Shown here piece by piece: positions 9,516 to 18,921 of a stretch of 32,000 bases of DNA. The position numbers and the translations under genes are program-made. Numbering within the stretch: position 1 is the first letter of the stretch; each line of letters begins with the position of its first letter. The DNA comes from Candidatus Saccharimonadota bacterium. GTDB taxonomy: Bacteria; Patescibacteriota; Gracilibacteria; BD1-5; UBA6164. Where the stretch lies: positions 510,001-542,000 of the forward strand of contig OZ245922.1 of the NCBI GenBank assembly GCA_965229705.1, read 5' to 3'. The notes beneath the pieces are model-generated. The model saw only the letters and a program-made list of their open reading frames with translations. It was not told the origin of the DNA and made no database searches.

Positions 9516-10943
9516 TTGCTGAAAATTAAGAGATTTTATTATCTCAAAGAGTTTACTTTCCTTTATAGTAAGCTCTTTTTTATTGTTTATAATAAGTTCG
9601 CATTGCATTGCTCTAATAATTTTTCATTTTTTCGCATCATCTCATTCTTTGTAGCTAACAGATAGGTTTTCTACAAGTTCGCATAAGTCTTCTATGATTT
9701 TTACTATATTATCATCTCATTGTTTTAAAGCTTTTTGTTTTTCTTCTAATTCTTGCTTTTTACAATCTAACTCCTCTTTTTTAATATCATAAGTCTTTTT
9801 ATCTATATCATTATCTAAAAGCTTATCTAATAAACTTGCTATTCTTTCATTTGTAAGATTTAATTCTTTTGTATTTCTTCTTATATCAGCTTCTCTATTA
9901 TTTACTTTATCTTTGTAATACTCTTTTAATGTAGCTTTTGATAATGCTATAAAAGGTTTTGGAAAATTGTAGTTTTCAATATGTTTTTCAAATTCCTTAA
10001 AAATCTTCTTTTGACTTACATTTATTTTATAAGATGTTTTTGCTCATCAATGGTAATATATATTTCCTTTTGTTTCATAAGGATATAAATTGTTTCATTC
10101 TGTATCCTTTAATATATTTGTAAAATATCTTGGTAAATCTTCTCTTTTATTATATTGAATAGCTCTTGTTACTCCATTAACCTTATCAAATAACTCTTTT
10201 GAAACAAGAGGTCTATATCAAGGACTATCAAGTAATGCTTCTTGTCATCAAAACTTTTGTAATCAATAGTATTTAGTATTTACAAGCATTTTTGATACTC
10301 TTTCACTATTCCATTTTTTACCTGTCTTTTCAGCAAGAAAATTTGCTATCTCTTGTAATGTTTTATTTTGACTTCTCATTATAAAAGATTTTAAAACAAG
10401 TTCAGCTTCTTCTTCTACTACTTGAATATCTCTTTTCCCTTTAGGTCAAACATTTTTATATCAAAATATAGCTTGAGATAACCATTGTCATCTATGTAAA
10501 GCTGTAATCATTTTAGCTTTTATATCTTTACTTCTATGCTCATTATCCATTTTAGATATTCAAAGCTCTAATAAAAGCATAAACTTTGCTGATATATCAG
10601 AAGCCTCAAACTTTTTATCTGTTGTTATAATACCTTTTATTTTATTATTATCTAACAATCAAATAATTAAAGCACTATCCATTATATTTCTTGCTAATCT
10701 TTTTGTTTCATCAATTATTATATAATCTACCTTTCAATTACTACAAGCTTCTATCATTCTATTAAATCAAGCCCTTTTTCATCAAGTTTTAGCACTTACA
10801 CTTTCTTGTATTTCATCTAACACCAATAAATCACCATTAGAAGCCGAATTTCTACAATTTTTTAATTGATGTTCTAAAGAGTTTGTTTGCCTATCCTCTC
10901 TATCAGTTGATTTTCTACAATATATTATTGCTGTTTGTTTCAT
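9459..10943 (-). CDS. large serine recombinase (integrase); 3' end overlaps tRNA-Glu antisense
   Basis: MKQTAIIYCRKSTDREDRQTNSLEHQ... (resolvase catalytic-Ser motif). ...VDYIIIDETKRLARN..., recombinase domain ...GYKNVGPKG...YYGLQKFGGQEALLDSPGYRPLVSKELFDKV, then a long coiled-coil region. The first in-frame TAA/TAG is at 9459-9461, inside the tRNA; checked codon by codon from 9722 down. Confidence 0.85.
9505..9528 (+). repeat. left copy of the element-bounding direct repeat (attL-like, overlaps the tRNA-Glu 3' end)
   Basis: 20 of 24 positions identical to 18395-18418 by my count. Confidence 0.55.
9546..9581 (+). terminator. intrinsic terminator after tRNA-Glu
   Basis: AAAGAGTTTAC-loop-GTAAGCTCTTT followed by TTTTT. 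The same bases are coding on the minus strand for the recombinase tail. Confidence 0.5.
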
Positions 10944-10985
10944 AAGAATAGTAAAAGTAAACTAAAAATTATCTTTAATTTTATT

Positions 10986-11010
10986 ATAACTACAATTGAT
11001 AAAAAATCAA
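10986..11010 (-). promoter_or_regulatory. palindromic box upstream of the recombinase (copy A)
   Basis: ATAACTACAATTGATAAAAAATCAA, 43-67 nt upstream of the recombinase ATG. 24 of 25 positions identical to 17439-17463. Core is ATTGAT-N5-ATCAA(T/A). Confidence 0.45.
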
Positions 11011-11034
11011 AAGAAAAAGAGGTTTTAACACCTC

Positions 11035-11157
11035 TTAATCCTCTAATATCATTGACCAAAAATTAAACATATCAATTCAAATTTGTTCAATTTCTGCATC
11101 TGTTAAGTGTGAAAACTCATTTCATAAAGCTTTCCTTATTTGCTCATTTGTAAGCAT
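11035..11157 (-). CDS. small ORF, 40 aa, unknown
   Basis: MLTNEQIRKALGNEFSHLTDAEIEQIGIDMFNFWSMILED with two TGA=Gly. Its stop overlaps the terminator hairpin AAGAGGTGTTAAAACCTCTT plus T-run (minus strand, 11013-11037). Confidence 0.3.
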
Positions 11158-11250
11158 CTTTTAACAGTTCATCAGAGGTCTTTATATGGTAGTAAAGTAT
11201 CTTTGATTTCTGTAAAAAGTCCTATATGGTAGTAGGTATATAAATTATAA

Positions 11251-12348
11251 TTATTTATCTTGTTTTTTCAATTTGATTTTCTCCTTGATTTTATACTTAT
11301 TGATATTTCAATTATGTATTTCAGTTTCAATTTTAGAAAATGGATATTTCTTTTTTAACTCAACAAATTTTTTATCATTTCATAAAATGTTTAAATCTCA
11401 TTCAATAAAACCTATTTTTCAATCATTATCCTTTAATAATGTAACTTTTATATAATCAGTATTTCATATAAGTTCTAATACCTCTTTTGGTATATCATTT
11501 TTAGTTATTTTTCTTTTTTCTAAAGAGTATTTTTCTAAATATTTCTTTATAAGTTCAGGATTGTATTTATCTACTAAAGGAGCAAATATTTTATTTAAAT
11601 TAAAGGCTAAAACAGGATAATCTAAAGTCTTTTCTAAATTTTCACCATTTACTATAAAAAAATCATTATTTTTATAATTGCATAAATATAATTTTTCTTC
11701 TAAAAATACAATACAGAATAACATATATTCTATTAAATAGTTTTTCTCTGTACTTTCACTATACTTAATATTTTTACTAAAATAATCTAAAAGAATTTTA
11801 TCATATTCTTGTTTTATAGCATTATAGCTTTCTTTATATTGATTTCTATCTCTTTTATCCTTTATCTTCCTATATTTTATATAATCTAATACCCCTCAAG
11901 ATAAAATCCTTTGTATTATATCATCAGAATTTAATTGTTTGTTTAATACATTTATAGCTATTTCTCAATCTCAATATTTATTCTTTTCTTCAAACTTCTC
12001 AATTATCTTATTATTCAATAATTTAAAAATTCTTCTCAATAGTCAAACACTAAGTCAAAATCAAACAAATTTTTCAATAATAAGTATTTTTAAATAATCC
12101 TCTATTCAAAGTTCTAAATTGTAATCATCTAAAACTACAAAATCAATATCAAATAAGTTCTTATAAGCTTGATAATCTATTAAAATTTCTTCTTCTAACT
12201 TCTTTCATTTTCTATCTGATAATTTAATTTTTTGCTCACCTAAAGAAAAGATTTTATAAATTTCTTTCTTTATAAAATCTTCGTAAATGATAATCTGTTT
12301 ATATTCAAAGAAAATACTCTTTTCTTTTTTAATTTGTTTATTGGTCAT
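11251..12348 (-). CDS. hypothetical protein, 365 aa, no recognisable domain
   Basis: ATG 12348, TAA 11251-11253, verified line by line; contains supplied ORF 11464-11724 in frame. Lys/Ile/Asn-rich. Starts 23 nt after the res stop, so probably co-transcribed. Confidence 0.6.
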
Positions 12349-12370
12349 AATAGATAAAGATAAAAGCTTA

Positions 12371-15001
12371 TTAAAACTTCTTAGTAAAAGTATTTTTAAA
12401 ATCTACTTCTAAATCTCTATTGTAAAATGGTAAACCTATTAAATAGTATTTTCAAAGGTTTAAATCTATAATTTGAGCCTCATCTTCAATATTTAATAAA
12501 AACTTTTGTTTCCATCATTCTTTTCAGTTTTCAAATCATCATTGAGCATCTTTAAACTCATTTCATTTAGGTTCAATAAATACTTGGTAAGTTATTGCTT
12601 CTTGCTTTCATTTCTCTTTCATAAATAATACAAAGTCTGGCTCAAATCTACCACCATCATCAAAGGAGTATATAGCAAAGTGTCTTTCATTTCTAAATAA
12701 GTAAATATCATCATATTTTTTCTTTAATTCATCAAATTCAATTTCAAATAAACTTAAAAAATCTTCTTCTTCTGAAGTAGCTACTATTTCACTAAATGTA
12801 AAGTAATCAGTATTTTTTTCTATAACTCTTTTACTTCAATCAATTTGTATAACTTTTGTTTCAAACACTTCTGCTAATGATTTTTCTTTAAATTCTTTTG
12901 TTCACTTATATTCTGTATTTTGTGAGGCTATTTCTTTTTCAAGTTTAGCTAAAACATTACTTACAGCATTGAGAAAAGACTCTCTATCAATTACTTCTAC
13001 TTTGTTTTTATCTCATCTAAAAGTAATTTCTACATCTCATAAAAGTCATTCTTCTTGTATGAAATTATCAATACTTTCTAATGCTCAGAAATATTTTTTT
13101 AAGTTAGAGAATTTATAAAATCTATTTTTATGTAATGCTTTTAAAACAATGATTTTATCAATTTCTGATACTTTTACAGTATCTATAATACCTAAATCAA
13201 TATTTTCATTTTGTTTACTCTTTGTATCTTCAAACAATACTTCTGTTCATCATCTACCAGTATAAATATTATAATCAAAAGATTTTTGAGTAATTCAATA
13301 TTTTTGAAAGCTTTTATAATCTCAAGTATTTACTTCAATTCTACTATTAACATATATAACAGAATTTTTTAAGAAAGTACTTATTTTATTATCTTCTTTA
13401 ACTTTAACAGTGAAAGGTGTTTTATCACTTTCATCTATCATACCAGTATTTTTCAATGCCTCCCTAATTTCAGAGATGTATTTACTATCATAGCTAGTAT
13501 GATAGTAAAATGTTTCAAGTATTTTTAAGTCATTATCTGTACCATCAAACTTTCTTTTGTATTTTTCTTCTCAAATAAAATTTTTATAAGTAAATGGATA
13601 ATATCTTGCTCATCTTCAGATCAGCTGTGCTTCACTCATAGTGCTTTTTCAAGGAGAGTATTTTCCATCTTTTTTCCAGTCTCAATCTCTTCATTCATAC
13701 ATTCTAACAATATCAAAAAGGTTTAATACATCCCATCACTCATTTAGCTTTTGAACAGCAAAAATCGCTCTTATTCTATTGTTTTTATCTTCTAAGGAGT
13801 TTAGTATATATTGTTGAGAAATTACTTCTTCTTTATCTTGTATTTTTATACTTTTCTTTTCTACATTTTCCTCATTTACATTTAAACATTTTTCTGGAGC
13901 AAAGTCATTTTTTAACTCATCTACCAATAACTCAAGCTTTATATTATTTTTTTCAAAGTATTTAAAAGCTTCAATCACAATATCTACATTTGTTTCATTT
14001 TTTACTTTTTCTAAATCTAATACTTTTAAGTTTTTTATTATATCATTAAAAAATAACTCATTTTCTTTACTTTCTTTAATCTCTTTTTGAGCTTTAAATA
14101 AAATAACTGGCTTACAAGAGATTTTATTGTTTTCAGCTACTTTTAATCTATATTGACTTAAAATAATTGCTTGTAAGACTCTTTCTTTTTGACTCAAATC
14201 AGTTTTAACTAAATCTACCTCTTTACTGTAGCCATCTAATCTAAATTGTTTTAAATCATATTTATATAGTATTTTTTCAGCATATTTTTCAGCTATATTT
14301 GGGTTTCTATCATCAATAGTAGCTGTAAACTCTAAAAGTAGGTTTCTAGTATGTTTATTTAATATTTTTAAGACTGTATACTCCCAAGATTTCTTTTCCT
14401 TTTTTTCATCAGTATTTAATTTTGATTTAGTTAAAGAATTTATATGATGGGCTTCATCAGAAATAATAACTACCTCATTATCATCAAAATCCTCATAGGT
14501 TATAGAGTTTTCTTTTGGGGTGTTTAAATCACTATGTAAACCTTGAATAGTAGTAAATTTTATTTGTATATCTTCTTTGTTGTTAGATGTAAAATTTTCT
14601 ACTTCTTTTATATGTACTGTTTTATCTCCAAGTCTTATTTCTTTTCAAAATAAGTATTTATTTGAAGCATCATTTAGAAAGTTATCCTTTGTTTTTTCTA
14701 TAATGTTTTTTGAATTAACAAAAAATAGAAAGTTTCTATATCATTTTTCATATAGGTATAATATTATTCAAGCCATTATAAAAGTTTTTCAACTTCAAGT
14801 AGCCATATTGAATAATAAGTGTATTGGTACTGATTTATTAGGATAACTTGAAAAATAATAAAAAAACCTTGAGAAAGCTTCTATTTGGTAAGGTCTTATA
14901 GTAAAACTTTCTCTTATATTGTTTTTTACAAAGTCTGGTATTTCCTTTGAGATAGCACCAACCTCATTTAAAGTATCAAATTTTTCATATAAATTTGGCA
15001 T
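12371..15001 (-). CDS. res: Type III restriction endonuclease, Res subunit (SF2 helicase + C-terminal PD-(D/E)xK-like nuclease)
   Basis: TIRPYQIEAF, LLFNMATGSGKT (Walker A, both Gly are TGA), VVIISDEAHHI (DEAH), QKLNEGWDVLNLFDIVRMY. C-terminal GGRFEPDFVLFMKEKG...YQVFIEPKG. Continuous from 15001 to TAA 12371-12373, checked codon by codon. 876 aa. Confidence 0.85.
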
Positions 15002-15006
15002 TTGTT

Positions 15007-15264
15007 TTACTGGTTACTATTTTTTTTATTCTTTTTAGCTTGACTTAAAGCACTTCAAGCAATTGATTTTGATTTCTTACTAGTTCTTCAATCTCTTAAA
15101 ACACTAGATGCTTTTGATGCTACTTTTTTTGAAGTTTGTTTTTTTGTTCAAGTTTGACTCAAAGCACTTCAAGCAACTGATTTTGTTTTTTTTCAAACAT
15201 TATCTTTTTTTAATTTATTTGAAGAAATTTTTGCCACCTTTTTTGAAGTTTGTTTTTTGTTCAT
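15007..15264 (-). CDS. small highly basic protein with an internal tandem duplication, unknown function
   Basis: MNKKQTSKKVAKISSNKLKKDNVGKKTKSVAGSALSQTGTKKQTSKKVASKASSVLRDGRTSKKSKSIAGSALSQAKKNKKNSNQ (85 aa). Starts 11 nt after the mod stop and ends 6 nt before the res ATG. The duplication is also visible at DNA level. Confidence 0.55.
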
Positions 15265-15274
15265 AAATTTAAAA

Positions 15275-17200
15275 TTAATTATAAAAATTATTATTGAGTT
15301 TTATATCCTCATCAGACACTTTATTATTTTTATCTTCTATTTCACTATAATTTAGATATAGCAAGTTTTTATCTAATATATCTATTAAAAAATCTTTTTG
15401 TTCTTCAATACTTAGAGCTTTAAAATCTTGAATACTATTATCTATATCACTCACATTTACACTATAATTTATAAATGCACTTTCCTTTATTTCTCACCAT
15501 ATTTTTAATAAACTCTCAGTATTCTTTGCTTTACCAATCATTGATATATAGGACTCATTTTCTTCAATCATTTGCATATATATAAATTCACCTCATCATT
15601 TCCATTTAAAAGCCTTTGTTACTCATCATTCTTCTCAGTCTATAACTTTTTTTAGTCTTTCTACTGCAACATCTTCAATATAATCCATTTGTTCCACTCC
15701 TATATATTGTCTTCACATTTTATGAGCAACTGCACAAGTAGTACCACTTCACAAATGATAATCCATTATTATATCTCATTCTTGAGTTACTGCTTTTATT
15801 AAGAATGCAACTAAACTTTCAGGTTTTGGGAAAGATGGAAAATCTAATTCTAGTGAGTCAATATGCTTTTTAGAGTCTTCATTTGTATCAACTCAGATTG
15901 ATTTATTTAGATAATTATTTTCTACAAACTTTTCTGGAGCAATATTTGAAGCACTTTTCCTTTGGTATCTAATAGAAAACTTTTTAGTTTTTATTAGAAA
16001 ATAAGTTCAATCTTTAACTTCTTGGTCAAAGTTCTTTTGACTCCATTTAAATTCTCACTTAATTCTTACAGAATTTTTATTTAATCATTCTTGCACTATT
16101 AAATCATCCAATAGTTCTATTCTGTCATAAGTTCATTTTTTATATTCTCCATCAGGTATATTAAATCTAATTTTTTCTTCTGGAAATAACAAAGTTCAAA
16201 TATTATTTCAGCTATTTAAAAGAGGAGCATCACAATTTTCACTTTCTTTTCACTTATATGATACAGATAACTTAACTTGTTTTTCATAACAATGTATAAA
16301 TTCCCAACCTCACCTTGTTTTTCAAGATAATGTTGGCGAATTATCAGTATTTTTCCATATAAAAGTGTCTATAAAGTTTGTTTCTTTAAAAATTTCATCC
16401 ATTAAAACTTTTAGGTACCCTTGTTCATTGTCATCACATTGAACAAATATAACACCATCATTACTTAAAAAATCTCTAGCAACTTCAAGCCTATTTTTCA
16501 TAAATGTTAGCCAAGTAGAATGATTAAATCTATCATTATACTTGAATGTATCATTTTGTGTATTATATGGAGGGTCAATATATATAAGTTTTACTTTTCA
16601 AGCAAACTTTGATTTTAATGAGTGTAAAGCTAATAAGTTATTTCATTTTATTATTAAATTATCTTTTATATCTCAATTTTCATCTTTCTTAAAATTTTCT
16701 AATTTATGTTCTCAATCTTTATCAATTCTCTTAAAATTTGTAAATATTTTTTCTCATAATAAAACATCTATTTCATCACTTCACAAAATATCATTATAAA
16801 ATACTTCTTCTCTTTTACTATCTTCTTTATCTTGACCTCAAGCTAAAATACAATCCTTATAAGCCCAAGCAAGAGAAATTTCATTACTCTCAGCTAAGTA
16901 TTCTCAATTTTTATTTATAAGTCCTATTTTGTTTTTATAAGAAGTATAACTATCTGGTAAAAATTGTTTATTATCTACAAATCTAATAAATTTGTTACTA
17001 TCAAAAACTTTTACATCTTTTATATCAATAAAAAACTTACTTCTTGTTATTTCATCATCTAGTAACAAAGAAATTAAGTTTTCATCTAAGTTATATGCTA
17101 ATTCTTGTATTTTATTTTTTAATAAATCTCAATCTTGAGAAATTAGCCTATCATCTTTTTTAAGAATATCATAAACTGTATTCAATAAGTTATTACTCAT
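15275..17200 (-). CDS. mod: Type III R-M DNA methyltransferase, Mod subunit
   Basis: AYKDCILAGGQDKEDSKREEVFYNDIL, KVKLIYIDPPYNTQNDTFKYNDRFNHSTWLTFMKNRLEVARDFLSNDGVIFVQCDD, FPKPESLVAFLIKAVTQEGDIIMDYHLGSGTTCAVAHKMGRQYIGVEQ. 641 aa, TAA stop. Confidence 0.85.
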
Positions 17201-17203
17201 TTT

Positions 17204-17407
17204 TTATTTAGTTAAAGTAAATAAATCATTTGGCTTACATTTTAAGCCTTTTAGAAGCTCTCAAATTGTTTCAAAGCTTATTTTAGTAGTTCTCCCTTCT
17301 TTTATATTCCAAAGTTGTTGATAGCTTAAATTTACTTCTTTTTCTAAATCACTCAATTTCATATTTTTCTTCTCAAGTAGGGCTTCTATATTTAGTTCTA
17401 CTTTCAT
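17204..17407 (-). CDS. XRE/Cro-type helix-turn-helix regulator (controller-protein position of the R-M operon)
   Basis: MKVELNIEALLEKKNMKLSDLEKEVNLSYQQLWNIKEGRTTKISFETIGELLKGLKCKPNDLFTLTK (67 aa). Ends 4 nt before the mod ATG. Paralogue of the ORF at 30904-31131. Confidence 0.75.
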
Positions 17408-17438
17408 ATATTTTATATTACATACTAACTTTCTTAAT

Positions 17439-17463
17439 ATAACTATAATTGATAAAAAATCAA
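17439..17463 (-). promoter_or_regulatory. palindromic box upstream of the XRE gene (copy B)
   Basis: ATAACTATAATTGATAAAAAATCAA, 32-56 nt upstream of the HTH ATG. Contains the perfect inverted repeat ATTGAT-AAAAA-ATCAAT (17448-17464). Confidence 0.45.
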
Positions 17464-17474
17464 TCTAAAAATTA

Positions 17475-18077
17475 TTACATTGTTAAATATTGCTTTTCTA
17501 TTTGATAAAGTACCTCTAAAGGTATATCTCATCTCATAAGTTTTAAATACCTTTTATATTTTCTTGTTTCTTTTCAATTCCTAAACTTATATTTAATTGT
17601 TTCATATAATTTTTCAGCCTCATACTCATCAGGAAAGACCTTATCAAAATCTCTCCACCTTTTACTCCTTCTTTGCTTTTCATAACACAATCCTAAAGTT
17701 TCTCTACTTGCAAAAATTCAATTATTTTGAAGATACAAAATACTACATCTATTTCAATTACAAGGACATAAAAACCACCATCTAACACCTCAATAATTAC
17801 AAGCTGTTGAAACTAAAGGTATTTTATAATCAAGCTCCTTCTTCTCTCAATTAAAATTTGTTTGAGTAAAAAACACTCTTAAATATCATCTATTTCCTCA
17901 TTTTTCTACTTCTACTCAAATATTTCAATTATCTTCTCAATTCCTTTTCCAATAAAGTCATCATCTTTGATAAGTCTTTCATTTATCTAAATATCAATAT
18001 TTCTTTAAAAATTTAATATCTATTGTTTTTGAATAATCCTCTACACTATCCTTTCAAGTTCAATATATCCTTCACAT
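17475..18077 (-). CDS. conserved-hypothetical-like Zn-ribbon protein, 200 aa
   Basis: ATG 18077, TAA 17475-17477. ...STACNYGGVRWWFLCPCNGNRCSILYLQNNGIFASRETLGLCYEKQ... has four Cys spaced as a Zn ribbon. By my hand count about 18 of 21 Gly are TGA, so the gene is invisible to a standard-code ORF finder. Confidence 0.6.
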
Positions 18078-18394
18078 AAATCTATAAATTAAGTATTAAA
18101 ACCGAAATCATTAAGCTGTAAGCCCTTTTTTACTCCATAAACTACTTTTCAAATATATAGTTTTTAGCTTATTAAAGAGATAAATCCTATTTTTAGTTTT
18201 TGGAGTGTTTATAAACTATCTATTTACATACTTATCATTATTAAAAGGTAATCTATAATTAAATCTTATTTCCCTAAAAATAGGGATAGTCTTATATTAA
18301 AACTTCCCTTAATCATTTAACTACATTTTCAGTATTTTTTTGATTTTTACTTACATATTCAAATAAGCCTCAAATTGTTAGCATTCACCTATTA

Positions 18395-18418
18395 TGGGAG
18401 TACCAAAATTGAAAATTA
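18395..18418 (+). repeat. right copy of the element-bounding direct repeat (attR-like, orphan tRNA-Glu 3' fragment)
   Basis: TGGGAGTACCAaaatTGAAAATTA, 9 nt before the nudix ATG. Confidence 0.55.
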
Positions 18419-18426
18419 TAATAAAC

Positions 18427-18921
18427 ATGCGTACTGAACTTTTAGATTTTGTAGATGAAAATGATAATGTGTTATGAAGAGCAGAGAAGCATGAGATATA
18501 TTCTAAAAAACTCATAAATAGAATTTGTCATGTAATAGTTATAAATTCTGAGTGAAAAATTGCACTTCAAAAAAGAAGTCAAACAGTCAGTTTTATGCCA
18601 TGAGCATGGTCTACCTCTGCATGATGACATGTATCTTCATGAGATGATTATGAAACTTCTGCAAAAAGAGAACTTGAAGAAGAAATTTGAGTCGTCTGAG
18701 ATTTAGTTTTTGTAGATAAAGTCCTATACAGAAATATAGAGAAAGAATATTTAAAATTTTTATGAGTTTTCAAACTGGTATATGATGGGGATTTTTCTTT
18801 TAATGATTGAGAAGTTGAATCTGTAAAATGGTGTTCTTTAGACGAGATAAAAAATATGATATATTGATGAGAAGAGTTTCATCCTGAACTGATATTTATT
18901 TTAGAGAGGTATTTTTTCTAG
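18427..18921 (+). CDS. NUDIX hydrolase
   Basis: MRTELLDFVDENDNVLGRAEKHEIY...SAGGHVSSGDDYETSAKRELEEEIGV (Nudix box). 164 aa, TAG stop. Confidence 0.85.

Larger units (their letters stand above)
9505..18418. mobile_element. ~8.9 kb integrative element inserted at the 3' end of tRNA-Glu (serine-recombinase type, Type III R-M cargo)
   Basis: Imperfect 24-nt direct repeat containing the last 11 nt of the tRNA. The copies are at 9505-9528 (TGGGAGTACCAttgcTGAAAATTA) and 18395-18418 (TGGGAGTACCAaaatTGAAAATTA). The recombinase sits at the tRNA-proximal end. Every gene is on the minus strand and the DNA is visibly more AT-rich than the flanks. Confidence 0.65.

Noticed and set aside
15040-15250. Tandemly repeated ~100-nt DNA, checked as a possible CRISPR or iteron array.
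   Set aside because: There are only two units. They are in frame, encode the duplicated halves of the 85-aa basic protein, and have no spacer-repeat architecture. No CRISPR array is evident anywhere in the window.
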